In this document: one piece after another, positions 31,932-52,998 of the stretch | How positions within the stretch are numbered: position 1 is the stretch's first letter | How the letters are laid out: every line of letters starts with the position of its first letter | DNA from: the human T2T-CHM13v2.0 reference genome, Homo sapiens | Assembly (NCBI RefSeq): GCF_009914755.1 | Contig: NC_060940.1 | Reading direction: 5' to 3' (one strand) | Length of the DNA stretch: 64,000 bases | The notes under the pieces: model-generated | Database searches by the model: none | The model's input: the letters and a program-made list of their open reading frames with translations, nothing else | Told to the model about the DNA's origin: nothing | Translations under genes and position numbers: made by a program

Positions 31932-32015
31932 CCAAAGTCCCCAGAAGCCTGAGACTCCCAGAGCAACTGTCCCAAAGTCCCCAGAAGCCTGAGACTCCCA
32001 GAGCAACTGTCCCAA
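31932..32015. repeat. Perfect 40-bp tandem duplication inside an old MLT1-like LTR (~31580-32190)
   Basis: ccaaagtccccagaagcctgagactcccagagcaactgtc twice, then ccaa. Confidence 0.95.
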
Positions 32016-32562
32016 GGGAACCAAGGCAGAAGCCATGTCACTTTTTAACTTAGCCTCCCTTGGAAGGCAGGCGGCATCACTTCTGCCACATCCTCCTGCT
32101 GGCAGTGAGTCACCGCGGCCGGCCCTCAGTCAAAGCCGTGGGAGCTAGACTTCACCCCTCAGTGGGAAGAGCATCGAAGAGTTGGCAGGTGCAGCAAAGC
32201 CATGGGAGCTCCCGTGGAAATGAGAGTTCGGGCAGATGTGAGCCCTGGGGAAGAGGCAGCGGGAAGGTGGGAGCTGAGCAGGCTGTGGGGACATCCCGGG
32301 CGGAGGCTTGCTGGAGGCCAGGGTGGCTGGAACACAGGGAGCCAAGGGGCAAGAGGTCTGGGATGTGGCTGGATGGGCATGAAGAGCCTTCTGGGTACCT
32401 AGAGGTGCTGGGAAGGAGTTTGGATTTAATCTTGGCTGTCCTGTGACAGGGATTCGGAGGCCATGGGGGAGGGCTGAGCAGGGAGACAGGAGACAGGCAA
32501 GAGGCGCTGTGAGAAGCGTGGGCTGAGTGACCTGCTCCTTGGTGAGTGAGAAGTCCTAGAAC

Positions 32563-32690
32563 TGAGCACCATGGCATGCACCTGTAGTTCCAGCAACTTG
32601 GGATGCTGAGGTAGGAGGATCACTTGAGCCCAGGAGGTTGAAACTAGCCTGGGCAACATAGCAAGACCTCATCTCAAAAAAAAAAAAAAA
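32563..32690 (+). mobile_element. Alu monomer (FLAM-like)
   Basis: Single arm with A tail. Confidence 0.8.
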
Positions 32691-33001
32691 TCGTCATTGG
32701 AAAGGGAATGTCAGAGGCAGGGCTGTCAGGGGTGTTGACCCCCAGGCCGAAGAGCCACATGTGCAGTCATGAGGCCCTCTAGGAAGCTGTGTGGTAGATG
32801 GGCCCAGGGCTCTGAGCCATTCCGTGAGTTTGAGCACCTACTTCATGACAGCCACTGGGGAAGGAACTGGGGAGAGAGAGGTGTCTTAACTTCTGGCCTT
32901 TCCACCAGTGCTCAGGGGCCTGCAAACATCCCCCGGGGGCCTGCCCCATGTCCAGACACCGCACGGTAAGCAGATGCCTGGGAGACTCCCATGTCCATTG
33001 A

Positions 33002-33445
<444 letters not shown>

Positions 33446-34179
33446 TGAGTGGACCTCAATCTCGTTGAATTCTCCTCCAAACCCAAGAAATTGGTATTAC
33501 CACCTGCCACTTTTCAGGTAATCAAAGAGAAGCAAAGCAATCCCCAGAGTCACACAGCTCATTGGGGCCTGGCCAGGACATTGCCCACCCTCCCTCCTCC
33601 ATGTCCCTTAGACCCTTCCATTTCAGTACATGGGGGACCCAACTTCCAAATGCCAGCACCCACACCTCTTTGCTGAAGGACTTTGTATGTCCACATGCAT
33701 ATACTCACACATGTGTACACAGAAGGACGGAAGGGGCAGGAAATTCATGCCTTCTGATCTCCTGGAGCAGCCCTCAACCAGTCCCTTCTGGGGAGAGTGT
33801 GTAGAAATACCCCAGCTCCCTCACCCCTTCAGTGAGATATGTTTGAGACATGGCTTCTCCACCATTTCTTAGAGTCCCCCGGTGGGATTTGGTGCCAGTA
33901 CCCACCCAGTGATAGCTGGATTGATAACACCCCTTCCATTATAGGTAGCCACAGTGTCACTTCCCCACTCTCCCACTGGTGTTTCTTGGGATCACCCTCC
34001 AGTAAACCACCTGTGCTCAAACCTCATCTCCGGGTTTGCCCCTGAGACCAAGACCACCGTGTTGCCTTGTACCACCAAGAAAATAACGATGGCTCCATGA
34101 GTGTTGTTAACAGAGGTGGAAGTCTAGAATGGAAACTTGGGGAAAAGAATGGTTGTAACCAGCCTGGTTTCTGTTGCAG

Positions 34180-34227
34180 CAAAGGAAAGGCGGGCCCACC
34201 AGGCTAACACTGCCCTCCAAGTCCACA
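34180..34227 (+). CDS. CMIP: CMIP exon 17, QRKGGPTRLTLPSKST
   Basis: Acceptor ctgttgcag|CAA, donor ACA|gtgagt; 48 nt, phase 0-0. Confidence 0.94.
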
Positions 34228-35009
34228 GTGAGTTGGTTTGGTTCTCTTTGGGGCTGGATGGAGAAGGTGGGTTGGTTCTCTCTGTTGGGGAACGGCAGGT
34301 GGTGTCTGCTGCTGAGATGGGAGGTGATGGAGGGCGGGGCACAAGGACCCCCTAGTACTTAACACGCCAGCTCTTCCAGGAGGTAGCTGGGTTACAGGAA
34401 GAGAAATGAAAACCAAAAAGGAAGTTAAAATATGATACAGATTGTTGGTGATAATAGTGTTGATATCTAGTTATTAATAGTACTTGGAATAATAGCAGAT
34501 ATACCTTGAGCATTTGTGTGTCAGATGCTCTTCTATTAGTTTGTTTTATCCTCACAGCAACCCTTGGAAGCTTGTGTATCTTACCATTCGCATTTCACAA
34601 GGTCTTTAAGGGTCTTATTTCCTTCTATTCTGATGCCCCCATTATATTTGACACATGGCTTCTACTTCCTGGACCAAAAGGGCTGCTCAGGCTCCAGACT
34701 TCTTGTCTCCATTCCAGCCAGCAGGAAGGAGAACGTGCCCCTTCCTCTTAAGAAACTTCCTGGAAGTTCTACTTGACATGTCTACTTACATCCCATTTTC
34801 CAGATTTAGTGTGTGGGGCCACACACTAAATCAGCCTTCATTCCGGGCAGCCACAGGGCCGCTGACACTCAAGGATGGAGGGGAGTGTGGAGGTTGTCTT
34901 AGGAACCTCCCAGTCCGGTGCTCAGGCATGCGCTGGTGTCTTCAGGCATTAGAGTTGAGTGTGGCCTCAGTGTTGGCATGAGCTGCTGCCCAGGAGTGAG
35001 GCAGCCAGT

Positions 35010-35190
35010 CACACACCCTGATGCACAGACACAGACACACAGAGACACACCAACACACACACACACAAATATACACAGACGTGCACAGACACACACATGT
35101 ACAGACACATGCATACACAAACGTGCACACAGACACACACAGATATACACACATACAGGCACACACACACAGACACACACACACAGACGC
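35010..35190. repeat. CA-rich low-complexity tract
   Basis: acacagacacac units. Confidence 0.9.
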
Positions 35191-35431
35191 CTGTGGGAGG
35201 ATCGTGGCCTTGGAACACCCCGCTGGTGCCTCAGGGTGTGAGTCACAGCACTGGAGGCTTTCTCCTCCGCCTGGCAGCTGTCGTCCATGGGATGCGTGGC
35301 AGCCCCTCCCTCTCTGGCCACCCCCTTGGCCCATCCCACCGAGCTGTGCCCCCATCTCAGCTCCTGGGATTTACCGCCCCCCAGGAACAGCTCTCTGTAG
35401 GGCGAGGGGAGAGGAGGAGGATAGGGGATAG

Positions 35432-37005
<1,574 letters not shown>

Positions 37006-37352
37006 ACCCCAGGCATTGCTTACCACACGACCCTTCCCTCAAGCTCAGCACCCACTCCCTGAGGCTAGAGGAGGTTGAGGTCCTCATGAAGCCCTGCAGC
37101 CCATTTCCCAGTTGGAAATAATGTGCCCAGTTCCGAGTCCTGAGGTTCTGAGAGGTAGAGCTGAGATGTGAGCCAGGCTTCGCTGGCCTGCGGGGGGCTG
37201 CGCAGGAGGCTTCTGGGTCTTTTTGTTATAGTAACACCAGTGGCTGCTGAGTCCCAGCTCAGTGTGAACTGCACTGCTCAGTACTCTGCACAGGGCAGAT
37301 GAAGGGGCCTTCACTGCACACCTGTGAAGTGCAGGTTCTACCCTCACCCTAA

Positions 37353-37931
<579 letters not shown>

Positions 37932-39079
37932 TGACTTTGCACCATGCACAGATAGAGAAATTCGTTCATTCACAAACGTGTTCACTGCACACCTGCTGTG
38001 GACCAGGCACCATTCCAAGTGCCAGGAACAACACAGGGAAAAATACCCCTAACCTCAGAGAGCTTATATTCTAGAGGCAATAGAAAAAATGAGTAAGGCC
38101 AGCCCATAGCCTCTTGACACTCACAGTCCACTGAGGGGTCGAGTTCAAGGACGGGGCTGTAGTACATTGCCACTGTGGTCCCCTGACCAGTGGTGGCAGC
38201 GTCTTCTGGGGGCTGGTCAGAAATGTACATTCCCAAGCCCACTCCAGACCTCCTGACTCAGACACCGTACGGTAAGCAGATGCCTGGGAGGCTCCCGTGC
38301 CCGTTGACATTTGAGAAGCCCTGTCATAATAGAAGGAGGCACAGAATTCTCAAGGAACCTAGAAAGGCCAGTTCCTGTGTGCCAAACCCCAGGTGACTGA
38401 ACTAGCCTCAGGGATATTGAGCCCGGGATTTTGTATTTGACCAGCTTTCCCTTTTCCAGGCCCACTGCTTTAGATGGGAAGACCCGTGGCTCAGTGGGAA
38501 GAGTCAGAAAAGGCTTCCCGGGGAGGTGCTGTTGAGTCTGGGTGTGAAGACAGATTTGTGGGAGTTGGCCAAGGGGGAGGCACCCTGAGCAGGGGCCATG
38601 ACTCCTACCGGGCCGCTGGCAAATGCTGGGTGGCTTGGGAGGAGGTGGGAGCAGGTGACTGGGTCAGTGGAGGCAGAGCGGCAGCGCTCGGCCAGTTTGG
38701 CTGCAAATGCAGATGCGCTGCTTCCACTGGAGTCCCCCGGGGGGGCGCGGTCCTCATCAACAGCACAGATTCCTGGTCCCTGCTGCGGCCCTGCTCAGCG
38801 TCTCTGGGAGTGGGTGGAGGGGTCTGCCCCCCGTGCGACTCCAACACAAACCAGAGGTTGAGGCTTGCTTTCAAGAAGCAGCACCGAGTCAATGACGACG
38901 GGGGGACCATCCGGGGTTCCCTTAGTGGGGAGGCCTCGGGCCTGATCTGGGGTGTGGCAGGCAAGCTCTGGGGACATCAGGTCCAGGCAGTGGGGGCACA
39001 CGACAGAGGGACCAGAAGGGAGGGAGGCTCAGAGGGTGGGAAGAAAACGAAGGCTCTGTTCAGACCAGCACGTGCCTGA

Positions 39080-39373
<294 letters not shown>

Positions 39374-41990
39374 TAGCCAGCATCTGGATGCTGGTGCATC
39401 TCCTGCACAGAGCTCGTTCTCCAGTAAAGGATGATGACATCTACAGATCAATACATAAAATAATGGCAGACCAAAAAGAGTGACAAAGAGGAAGCAGCAG
39501 GGAAGTAATTGGAAATAGGAAGGCCTGTGTGGCCTGGGGTGATCAGGGATGGTGCCTTTGATGAAGAGGCCGCAGGAGCTGAGACCCAAAACGTAAGAAG
39601 CCAGAAATACCAAGGGCGAGAGGAAAAGCAAGTGCCAAGGTCCTGAGACAGAAGAGATGGGCGAGGCCTGGCTTTGCAGCAAATGTAACCAGGAACTGAG
39701 AGAGGGAATGGGCTGGGGCCGGATGGAAAAAGCCCTCACAGGTCACAGCAGAGCAGCGAGTCATGCTTTTCAAAGCATGCTCTGGCTGTTAGGAAATAAA
39801 TATTTTGAGAGGGAGCAGGAGTAGAAGCAGGGAGGGTTGAGCAGGGCTGGTGCCTCACCACTGAGGGCTGCGCTGCACCGGCACTAGGCCAGCAAGTGAA
39901 ATCCGGGAAAGAAAAAGGATCGGAGGGTGGAAGGCAGGGGCGTTTTAAGAAACACACGTGCACATCTTGGGAAGGTTGGAGGAGCCAGGCCCTCAGTCGC
40001 CTCCTGTCACCCCGTCCTCCTGGGCCTGTACCAGCTGCCCCAGAAGGAGCGGGCGGGACTGGCAGAGGGCCAGCATCCTGGGAGAGAAGGGCTGGGCTCA
40101 AAGGTGAGAAGGCACAGATGGCACCCGTGAGCCACGCTGGCACCTTCGTGCTCTGGAAGCTACTTAGAGGGAATCCCCCGGCAGCCCTTGGCCGGGGCCC
40201 ACCTCCTACAGCCAGGCCTCCTGCCGCCAGGGCGTGCTCACTGGGGCATCCTCCAGATGCTTCTGGAGCCTCTGCTGTGTACCAGGCCCATGTCAGGGAC
40301 AGGGACACCGAGGTGTGGCTGCCACAGTCCCCTTCCGGGGGATAGTCCCTCCTGGCAGGCACAGGCAAGCTCAGCAAACCAAGGCGGGCAGAGGGCCTGG
40401 TGGGGCCAGGAGGGACAGTCGGTAGAGAGCGAGGTCCAAGAGAGGACGTATGGGACACAGAAGGTGGCAGGGGCACAGCCAGCAGATCACCCATCCCAGC
40501 GTTTAGACCTCAGCCCTCAGGGTGGCGTCTGCAGACCAGCACCCTCGGCACCACTCGGGGGCCAACAGAAATGCAGGATCCAGGCCACCCCAGGTAACCC
40601 CACCCTGGGGGATTTCTGGGCACACTCGTGTTTGAGAAATGCTGCCTGGATTATCTTGAGTTCAAAGTGCTGAAAGTCAGATGCTACTGAGACCAAGCTG
40701 GAAAGAGAACATGGGGAGTGCAGGAAAGGCCCCTTGGGAAGAAAAATCACTTTCAGTCGATTTTTTTATTTTCACACATTTGAGAGAGACATGGTGCCAA
40801 CTTAATGCTGCCAGCCTGTGACCGGCCTCCCTGTGGAGGGGACTCGAGCAAACAGCAGCTGCCTGTCCTTTGGAGGAGGGGCCTCTGCTCAGTGCCAGGC
40901 AGGCCACGCCCCACTGTTCACTGCCCAGTCTGGCCAGACCTTCCCATTTTTCAAGAGAACCTTGAAATCTAGATTCGTCTGTGAAGTCTCCTAATTTTGA
41001 AAGGCTGGCTTAGTATGCTTTATAGCACTGCAGGTGGCTGCAGGTCCCCACCTGTAACCTCTGCCTGGGCAGTGGGGAGCCATTGAGGGTTGTTGAGCAC
41101 AGGAGAGCAGCAGCGAGGAATTGCATGTGCATGTGTGTATGTGTGTGTGTTCATGCATACATACGTGTACATGTATCCAAAAAGTGTGCTGGCCAGTGTA
41201 CAGGAAAGTTGGGAGGGAGGATGTAAAGGCATGAGGCCAGTTAGGAGGCAGCTACCTCTCTGTATAGTGGAGGCTTGTTAAGAAAAAAAGCCAACTGTTC
41301 ATAAAGAAAAGTGGAAGTCTGGGTAGCAGAAACAGAAAGCAGAAAACAATGGAGAGACATAGCAGGTGGAATCACAGAGTCGAGTAATGCATCCAGCCTA
41401 GGGGGAGCCTCAAGTGGGAAGAATCTAAGCCAAACCCTGGGTACCTGGGATTTCCTGGGATCCACGTCACTCACCCTGTCCATTCTCTGATAACGATGAG
41501 AATATCACTAACAGTAAAAATGAGAACAATTTCCTTTCATAGGGCATATACGGTGCCCTGGGCTTTCTACATTTGGTATTTAACCCCTAGCACCATCCTT
41601 TGAGCCAGGGACTAGAGTCAGATGGGCCCACAGAGGAAGAAACTGAGGCCCCTAGAGGCTGGGTTATCTGCCCACGGTCACGCAGCAGCAAGTGGCAGGG
41701 CCTGGATTCAAACCCCAGTGCTTCCACCTGCGAAGACAGAGACCAAAGGCCATCTGAGGCGGGGGCATGGGAACCCCGCTGCCTGGTTTCTCCGGGGCCA
41801 GGGCACATCCCACCTGCTCTGTTCTCTGCCTAAGGCCACCCACCCCTCCAAGAGCCCAGGTAGCCCACAGCACCAAGGTGGGGAGAGGGTGGCAGAGACC
41901 CCCAGCCGGCAATGCGGGTGGAGCCAGGCACTGGCAGCTTCTGCAAGGGAATGGCCTACACGTGACAGGGACTCTTATTGCCACCCCCAG

Positions 41991-42044
41991 GCCAAGCTTC
42001 CCAATTTGAAGGAAGTGGACGTCCGCTACACCGAAGCCTGGTGA
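41991..42044 (+). CDS. CMIP: CMIP last exon, coding part AKLPNLKEVDVRYTEAW*
   Basis: Acceptor ccacccccag|GCC; TGA at 42042-42044. Confidence 0.96.
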   Translation, partial: AKLPNLKEVDVRYTEAW

Positions 42045-44005
42045 AGCTCCCAGCTCAAGGCAGGAAGACGTTTGCAACCGCGACAAAATAACTCTTGACT
42101 AACAGCCGCAGAGCAGCCGGTCCTGGGGTCCCACCCTGGTGCCCTGGCTGTGAGATAGATGGGGAGTCTTTCTGGGGGCGGAGGGGGGAGGGGGTGGGGA
42201 GGGGGCCCACAAGCACGCCCAGCCCCCGCCGAATTCTTTTAGCTTCGTAATTGGAACCTTTGACCTGATCTAAAGTGGACTTTGTAGCAACAAGAGGAGC
42301 ATCAGCGGGTCGGGGAGGGGTTTGGGGGTGGGCTGGGGGGTGGGGGACCCTTTGTGGATTTTCTTTGCCTTTGTGTTTGATGCCGTCGTGTGGGAAAAGT
42401 CAACTCCGATGCCACCATTGCGGGCCGGACGAAGGATGCTTTCTTCCTAGAGGCTCCGAGCTGAGCTGCGAACTCGCCCCCCGCCCTTGGGACAAGAAGA
42501 CCCAGTCACATCACTGCACCCGTCCTGTGTCCTCACCATTGCTATGCAAAGTGATTCTTGTTGTACATAAGATTTAAATAATGCACCTATTTAAGACATG
42601 TTGACAAATTGCGGGTCTGGGACCCGCCTCTTATTTATGAAGTCTTTGACCGTCCCCCCCGCCCGACCCCACCGCCCTCCCGCCCCCACCTGGCGTGTAG
42701 TACTGTATAAACCAGTCAGCTGTCGGGTTAGTGGTAGTATTATTGTTATTTTTTTAAAGGAAACAAACAGACAACAAAAAGAAGAAAAAAAAAAAGAACC
42801 TCCTTGGAAAAATTAATTGCTTTTTCGTAATGGATTCTCTATGCTAATGCTCTCTCGTCTGTCTGTCTGTCTGCCCACTCCCCCACCCACCACTGTGCGT
42901 TTCTGATTTCCAAATGTCTCCAACTCCCTCACGAGGTGGGGCTCAGGCTGGAGGAGGAGGGATTAAGATCCCCTTGCTCCACTAAGGCCCAAGCTCTTTC
43001 TCTCGGCACCTTTTAGACTTGAATGGGAGGCTGCTAACCCGCCCTCTCCAGTCCACCCCGGTAAAAGAGCTGTTCCCCACCCCCAGGGAGCTCCTGTCCC
43101 TGTCAGCCTTTGCTGTCCCCTGTCCCCAACGGAGACTCTGTCACCCCTGGGCTCCCCCTGCCATCGTGTGCTTCACGTGGCCCCATGCATGCCCGCCTCT
43201 CTGCATGGTCTCTTGGGAAAAGAGAGATGTGTCGCCTCCGCCAGTCCGACTGCCCTCCCCACCCCACCCCCGCCACCCCCCACATGTGACCACTGCAACG
43301 AAGACACTCCTTCTGTCCCCACCTGCTCCGAAGACAAACCAACCTCCGTTTCTTTTATAAACAGTCGGCTTTTTCTTAATAAGCCCTCACTGTACAGAAC
43401 AGCCCGTTGATGGTTTATTTGGGGTCCCCCTCTCCCCCCAGCCCTTTTTTCTGTTGGTTTAGCACAAATACTTCCCTCCTCCGGCACCTCCAAACCTACC
43501 CCACAGTCAGTGTACTTGTTTTATATATATTTAATCTTATTCAATGGAAACCATGCTTTTGTCGTTTTATACTTTGCTAGGTAGACTTTATTACCCCCCC
43601 ACTATGCCCTCATTTTTTTAAAAAAGGAAAAAAAAAAGAAACTGGGTTCCAGTCTTAATTCATTTTCCGTGCCAGGTTTTATTTCGTGTGTGTGTGAGTG
43701 TGTTCTGTTTTGTGTTTTGTTTTTTGTTGTTGTTTTCAGTTGTTTGGTTTTCTTTTCTTTCCCCCCTCCGGTCCCATACTTCACAGCACTCTGGTGCGGG
43801 AAGAAGCAGAAGCAAAAAAAATAAAAATAAAAAAATAAATAAAAATAAAAAAAATAAAAAAGGAAAAAAAAAAAGAAGAAACAAGACATGCCACCTTTCC
43901 CCTCGCACTGTTGCTTTTCCTGATGGTTAATACTACTGTCACGTAGCTGTGTACAAAGAGATGTGAAATACTTTCAGGCAAAAATAAACTGTAAGTGACT
44001 CATCA
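42045..44005 (+). other. CMIP: CMIP 3' UTR (~2 kb, end approximate)
   Basis: Follows the stop codon, lacks recognisable interspersed repeats, has AU-rich tracts, ends just after a canonical poly(A) signal. Confidence 0.85.
43983..43988 (+). terminator. CMIP: Polyadenylation signal AATAAA
   Basis: Upstream TGTA (~43950), downstream GU/U-rich tgtctggcctttgtgtggtttct; transposon-derived sequence resumes soon after. Confidence 0.85.
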
Positions 44006-44189
44006 ATGTCTGGCCTTTGTGTGGTTTCTCGGCGCCCAGCGGGAGAAGGTCCAAGGAGGGGGCGAAGCCCAGGCGGGAAATCTGAGGCTCAAGACAGTGC
44101 CGGGATGCCCTCGCCACCTTCTGTGCGCACTTCCTGAGGACCAGGGCTCAGCATCCTGGCTGCTGTTGGCCACTGGGGCCGGAGCTGTC

Positions 44190-44350
44190 TTCATTGCAGG
44201 GGGGCTGTTGTGTTCATTGCCAGACATTGAACAGCATCCTTGGCTTCTACCCAGCAGTAGCACCCCTTCCCCATTTATGACAACCAGAGTGTCTCCAGAT
44301 GTTGCCACGTGTCCCGTGGGGGGATAGTTCGCTCCCCAGCTGAGACTCCG
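44190..44350. mobile_element. MER20-like DNA transposon
   Basis: cagcatccttggcttctaccca...atgacaacca..tgtctccagatgttgcca. Confidence 0.75.
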
Positions 44351-44639
44351 TGTCATAGACTGAGGTCAGTGCTGCTGTTCAGCAGGGCCTTACGAAAGCT
44401 GTAGCCCAGAGCTACTCCAAGGAATGTGCCTTCCATCCACCTAGGGGGTCTTGTGAAAACGCAGATACTGACGCCATAGCGCTAGGTGGTGCCTGGGAAT
44501 CTGCATTCCTGACGAGTTTCCAGGTGATGCTGTGCTGCTGGTCAATGCCAGGTTCCTAGACCCACACTTCAGCTGCCTCCTCCCCCTAGATGTCTCCAAG
44601 AGGCAATCTTGACAAGTCCAAAAATAAATGCTTTATCTT

Positions 44640-45260
<621 letters not shown>

Positions 45261-45263
45261 TTA

Positions 45264-45577
<314 letters not shown>

Positions 45578-46511
45578 TAGTGTCAGTCACTCAGCGGCGC
45601 CTTCCTCAGGTCACACGGAGAGCAGGCGCTATGGAAAAAGGACAGGAGGGCTCTTGACTGCGGGGGTGAGAGGCCTCACCAAGGACATCAAATGAACAGT
45701 CCAAAGAGCCCTTGGCTGCCTGAGCTCCCATCCTCAGGCCAGAGGACCAGCTAGTGGTATAGACGTGTGCATGCGCGAGCCAGACGCTTCAGCCTGCTCC
45801 ATGTTGCCTTCTCCACCGGCGTAGGGCCTGGCTCACCACAGGTGTTCATTGCTCCAAGGGTTGGGGGAAGATGTAGCCGGGGGCCACTCTCAGCCCTCCT
45901 CCCTGCTCTGCCCCGCAGCAGCTGGGCTCCTCTGCCCACTGGGTGAAGCTGGAGAATGCAGGCTCCCCGCTGGAAGAAGTAGGGGGTGTCTTCCCTGGCA
46001 TCCCAGTCGCTGTGCCCGTTGCTGGCAGGAGTTGCCTCCCTCCGTGGGCTGCTCACCAGGATTCCAGCTTTCGAGGTAACACAGCTCCCTGTCTCGCCCC
46101 TTCAGCCTTAGCCTGGGAACTGCCCCTCGCTGGTTCCTGGGTGCCTCAGCGTCCCTAACCCTGCCTGCACCTCTGCGATGCTCACACCTGGCCTGTGCCT
46201 CCTCCCAGCTGCACTGAGTTACACCACGTACTCCCCTCGCCCTTCAACCCGGGGGTGGTGATAGCTCCCCTCGGTTACTGGTTACTGGTTCCTGGGTTCC
46301 CGGGTGCCTCTGCATCCCTTGCTAATTACCTAGCCTGGAGCCCCGCCCACCCTTCATAGCTAGCGCTTCTTTCCTTCTCTCCAGAATTCTCTTCTCTCTG
46401 AGGGGTCTCTGCGAGGACCTACCTCAATGACCATCCCCCACCTCCAAGTAAAACCAGCAACTGTTGGTGCCAGCCCCAAATGGGCCCAGTGAGAGTCCAA
46501 CAGAGATCTAA

Positions 46512-46847
<336 letters not shown>

Positions 46848-47289
46848 TAATTCAGAAAATTTAAGGCAAATCCTGTCATTGGGAGCAGTGTGAAGCTCAA
46901 CCAAGAGGGCAACAATTGGATTCTTACAAACAGCTCTGGGGCTGCCTGGCAATGCACATCTCCACGTTGCCCCACTTACAGCGCCTGCCTTAGAACGCGC
47001 TGTCTTCCGGTCTCTTACACTGCAGTGTGAATGGCGCTCCCCAGAGTTGTGCAGCATGAGAACCTGGTGAGCTGAGCTGTCATTTGTGACTGACAGGCTG
47101 CTCTAAAGCTAGCTAGACTTTGCTAGAAGCTCCCCCAGAGCACAATAAGAAAAAAGAGATCAGAGAATCTTGGAAAAGGGCTTGGCCTCATTCATTCATT
47201 CATCCATTCATGCATTCAGCAATTCATTATTGAGGACCTGCTTCCAACAGGTCCAGGGGGAGTGCTAGAAAACATGTGAGAAGAAGCAA

Positions 47290-50112
<2,823 letters not shown>

Positions 50113-50435
50113 TAGAGAAAGAAGAAACAGCAGCAAGAGACATGGCCCTTGTCCTCCAGGGGCTCAGCACCCAAGCATGCTGGCAAGGAGTCAGTCACAT
50201 ACTGCATGGCAAATGCCATGACAGGACACTAAGGCAGGCACAGATGGTGGGCAGTGAACCCAGGCCTATGGGCATCACGGGAGACTTCCTGGAGGAGGTG
50301 GTATTGTTGAGAATGAAGAATGAAAATGTTTGCTGAGTCACCAGAGGGGAAAAGGGAGTGTGCAAAGACTTGGCAACACACCAGAGCCGGATATAGGCTG
50401 GGAACGGCCAGTGGGAATTGTGATGGGCTTGGGGG

Positions 50436-52155
<1,720 letters not shown>

Positions 52156-52669
52156 TGAGAGGAAGGTGGAGGTGAGACCAGCCAAAACCTAATGAATCAT
52201 ATTTAGGAGTCTGGGATTTGTCCTGAGAGGTATGTGCAATTGTAAAAAAAAAAAAGGTTGCAATTATTTTACTGATTTTTAAAACAAAACACTTATATAG
52301 CACTGTCTGTGCACCAGGCACAGTAGGAAGGGTTTTATAGGACTACACTGATGTACTATTCCTAGCATGCCTACAAGGCAGGCGCTTATATGACCCCTTA
52401 TTGATGGGGAAGTGGAAGCCAGGAAAGTCTGGATCTCTTGGTCAAGGTCCCACAGTAAGCAGGGCACAGAGCCAAGGTTATAAGCCAGGCACTACAGGAA
52501 GATCCCGCCACTGTTGGTAAATGGATGGGTGTGGGTCTGGGACTTGGACCCTGTGGAGAAAATAGACAGATTCAAGGGAAGCTCAGGCTTAAAATAGCAG
52601 CACATGGTGGTTGGTACGGAGGGAGGGTGCACATGGAGTCAAGGGTGACTTTCAGTTTCCTTGGCTTAT

Positions 52670-52998
52670 TTCCTAAGACAGGCTGCAAGGGCCTAGAATT
52701 AACACCTCTGCCCAGGCAGCAGCCCTCAACCAATGACAGATGGGAGGTGGTGTATCAATACCCCGGCTCCCTCACTCCTCATGGGAAGTGGAGAGTTCTG
52801 AGGCCCATGTTCTCCTCTGGCTCCCAGGGTCCCTCCCTGGGATTAATCTCCAGCTGCCCTCAGTGCTCACGGGCTTGTTAGGATTTCCTTCCCTTCTCCA
52901 CCTCATTTTCCATTGTCCCATTGGTATTTCCTGGGACCAACTCTCAAATGAAAATCTTTATCTCAGTGTCTGCTTCTAGGGAAGTCCAGACTAAGACA
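52670..52998 (+). mobile_element. LTR16-like ERVL LTR
   Basis: cagccctcaaccaatgacagatggga...gtctgcttctagggaagtccagactaagaca. Confidence 0.6.

Noticed and set aside
31932-32015. Direct repeats of CRISPR-like length
   Set aside because: Two abutting copies with no spacers, human context, no cas genes
39736-40494. 252-aa antisense ORF (and similar ones at 16233..16934, 29571..30245, 32779..33510)
   Set aside because: GC-rich or antisense-to-exon sequence, mostly non-ATG starts, no recognisable domain
42042-42050. Stop-codon readthrough or selenocysteine recoding at the TGA
   Set aside because: Context TGA-AGC is not the TGA-CTAG readthrough motif and I could not identify a SECIS
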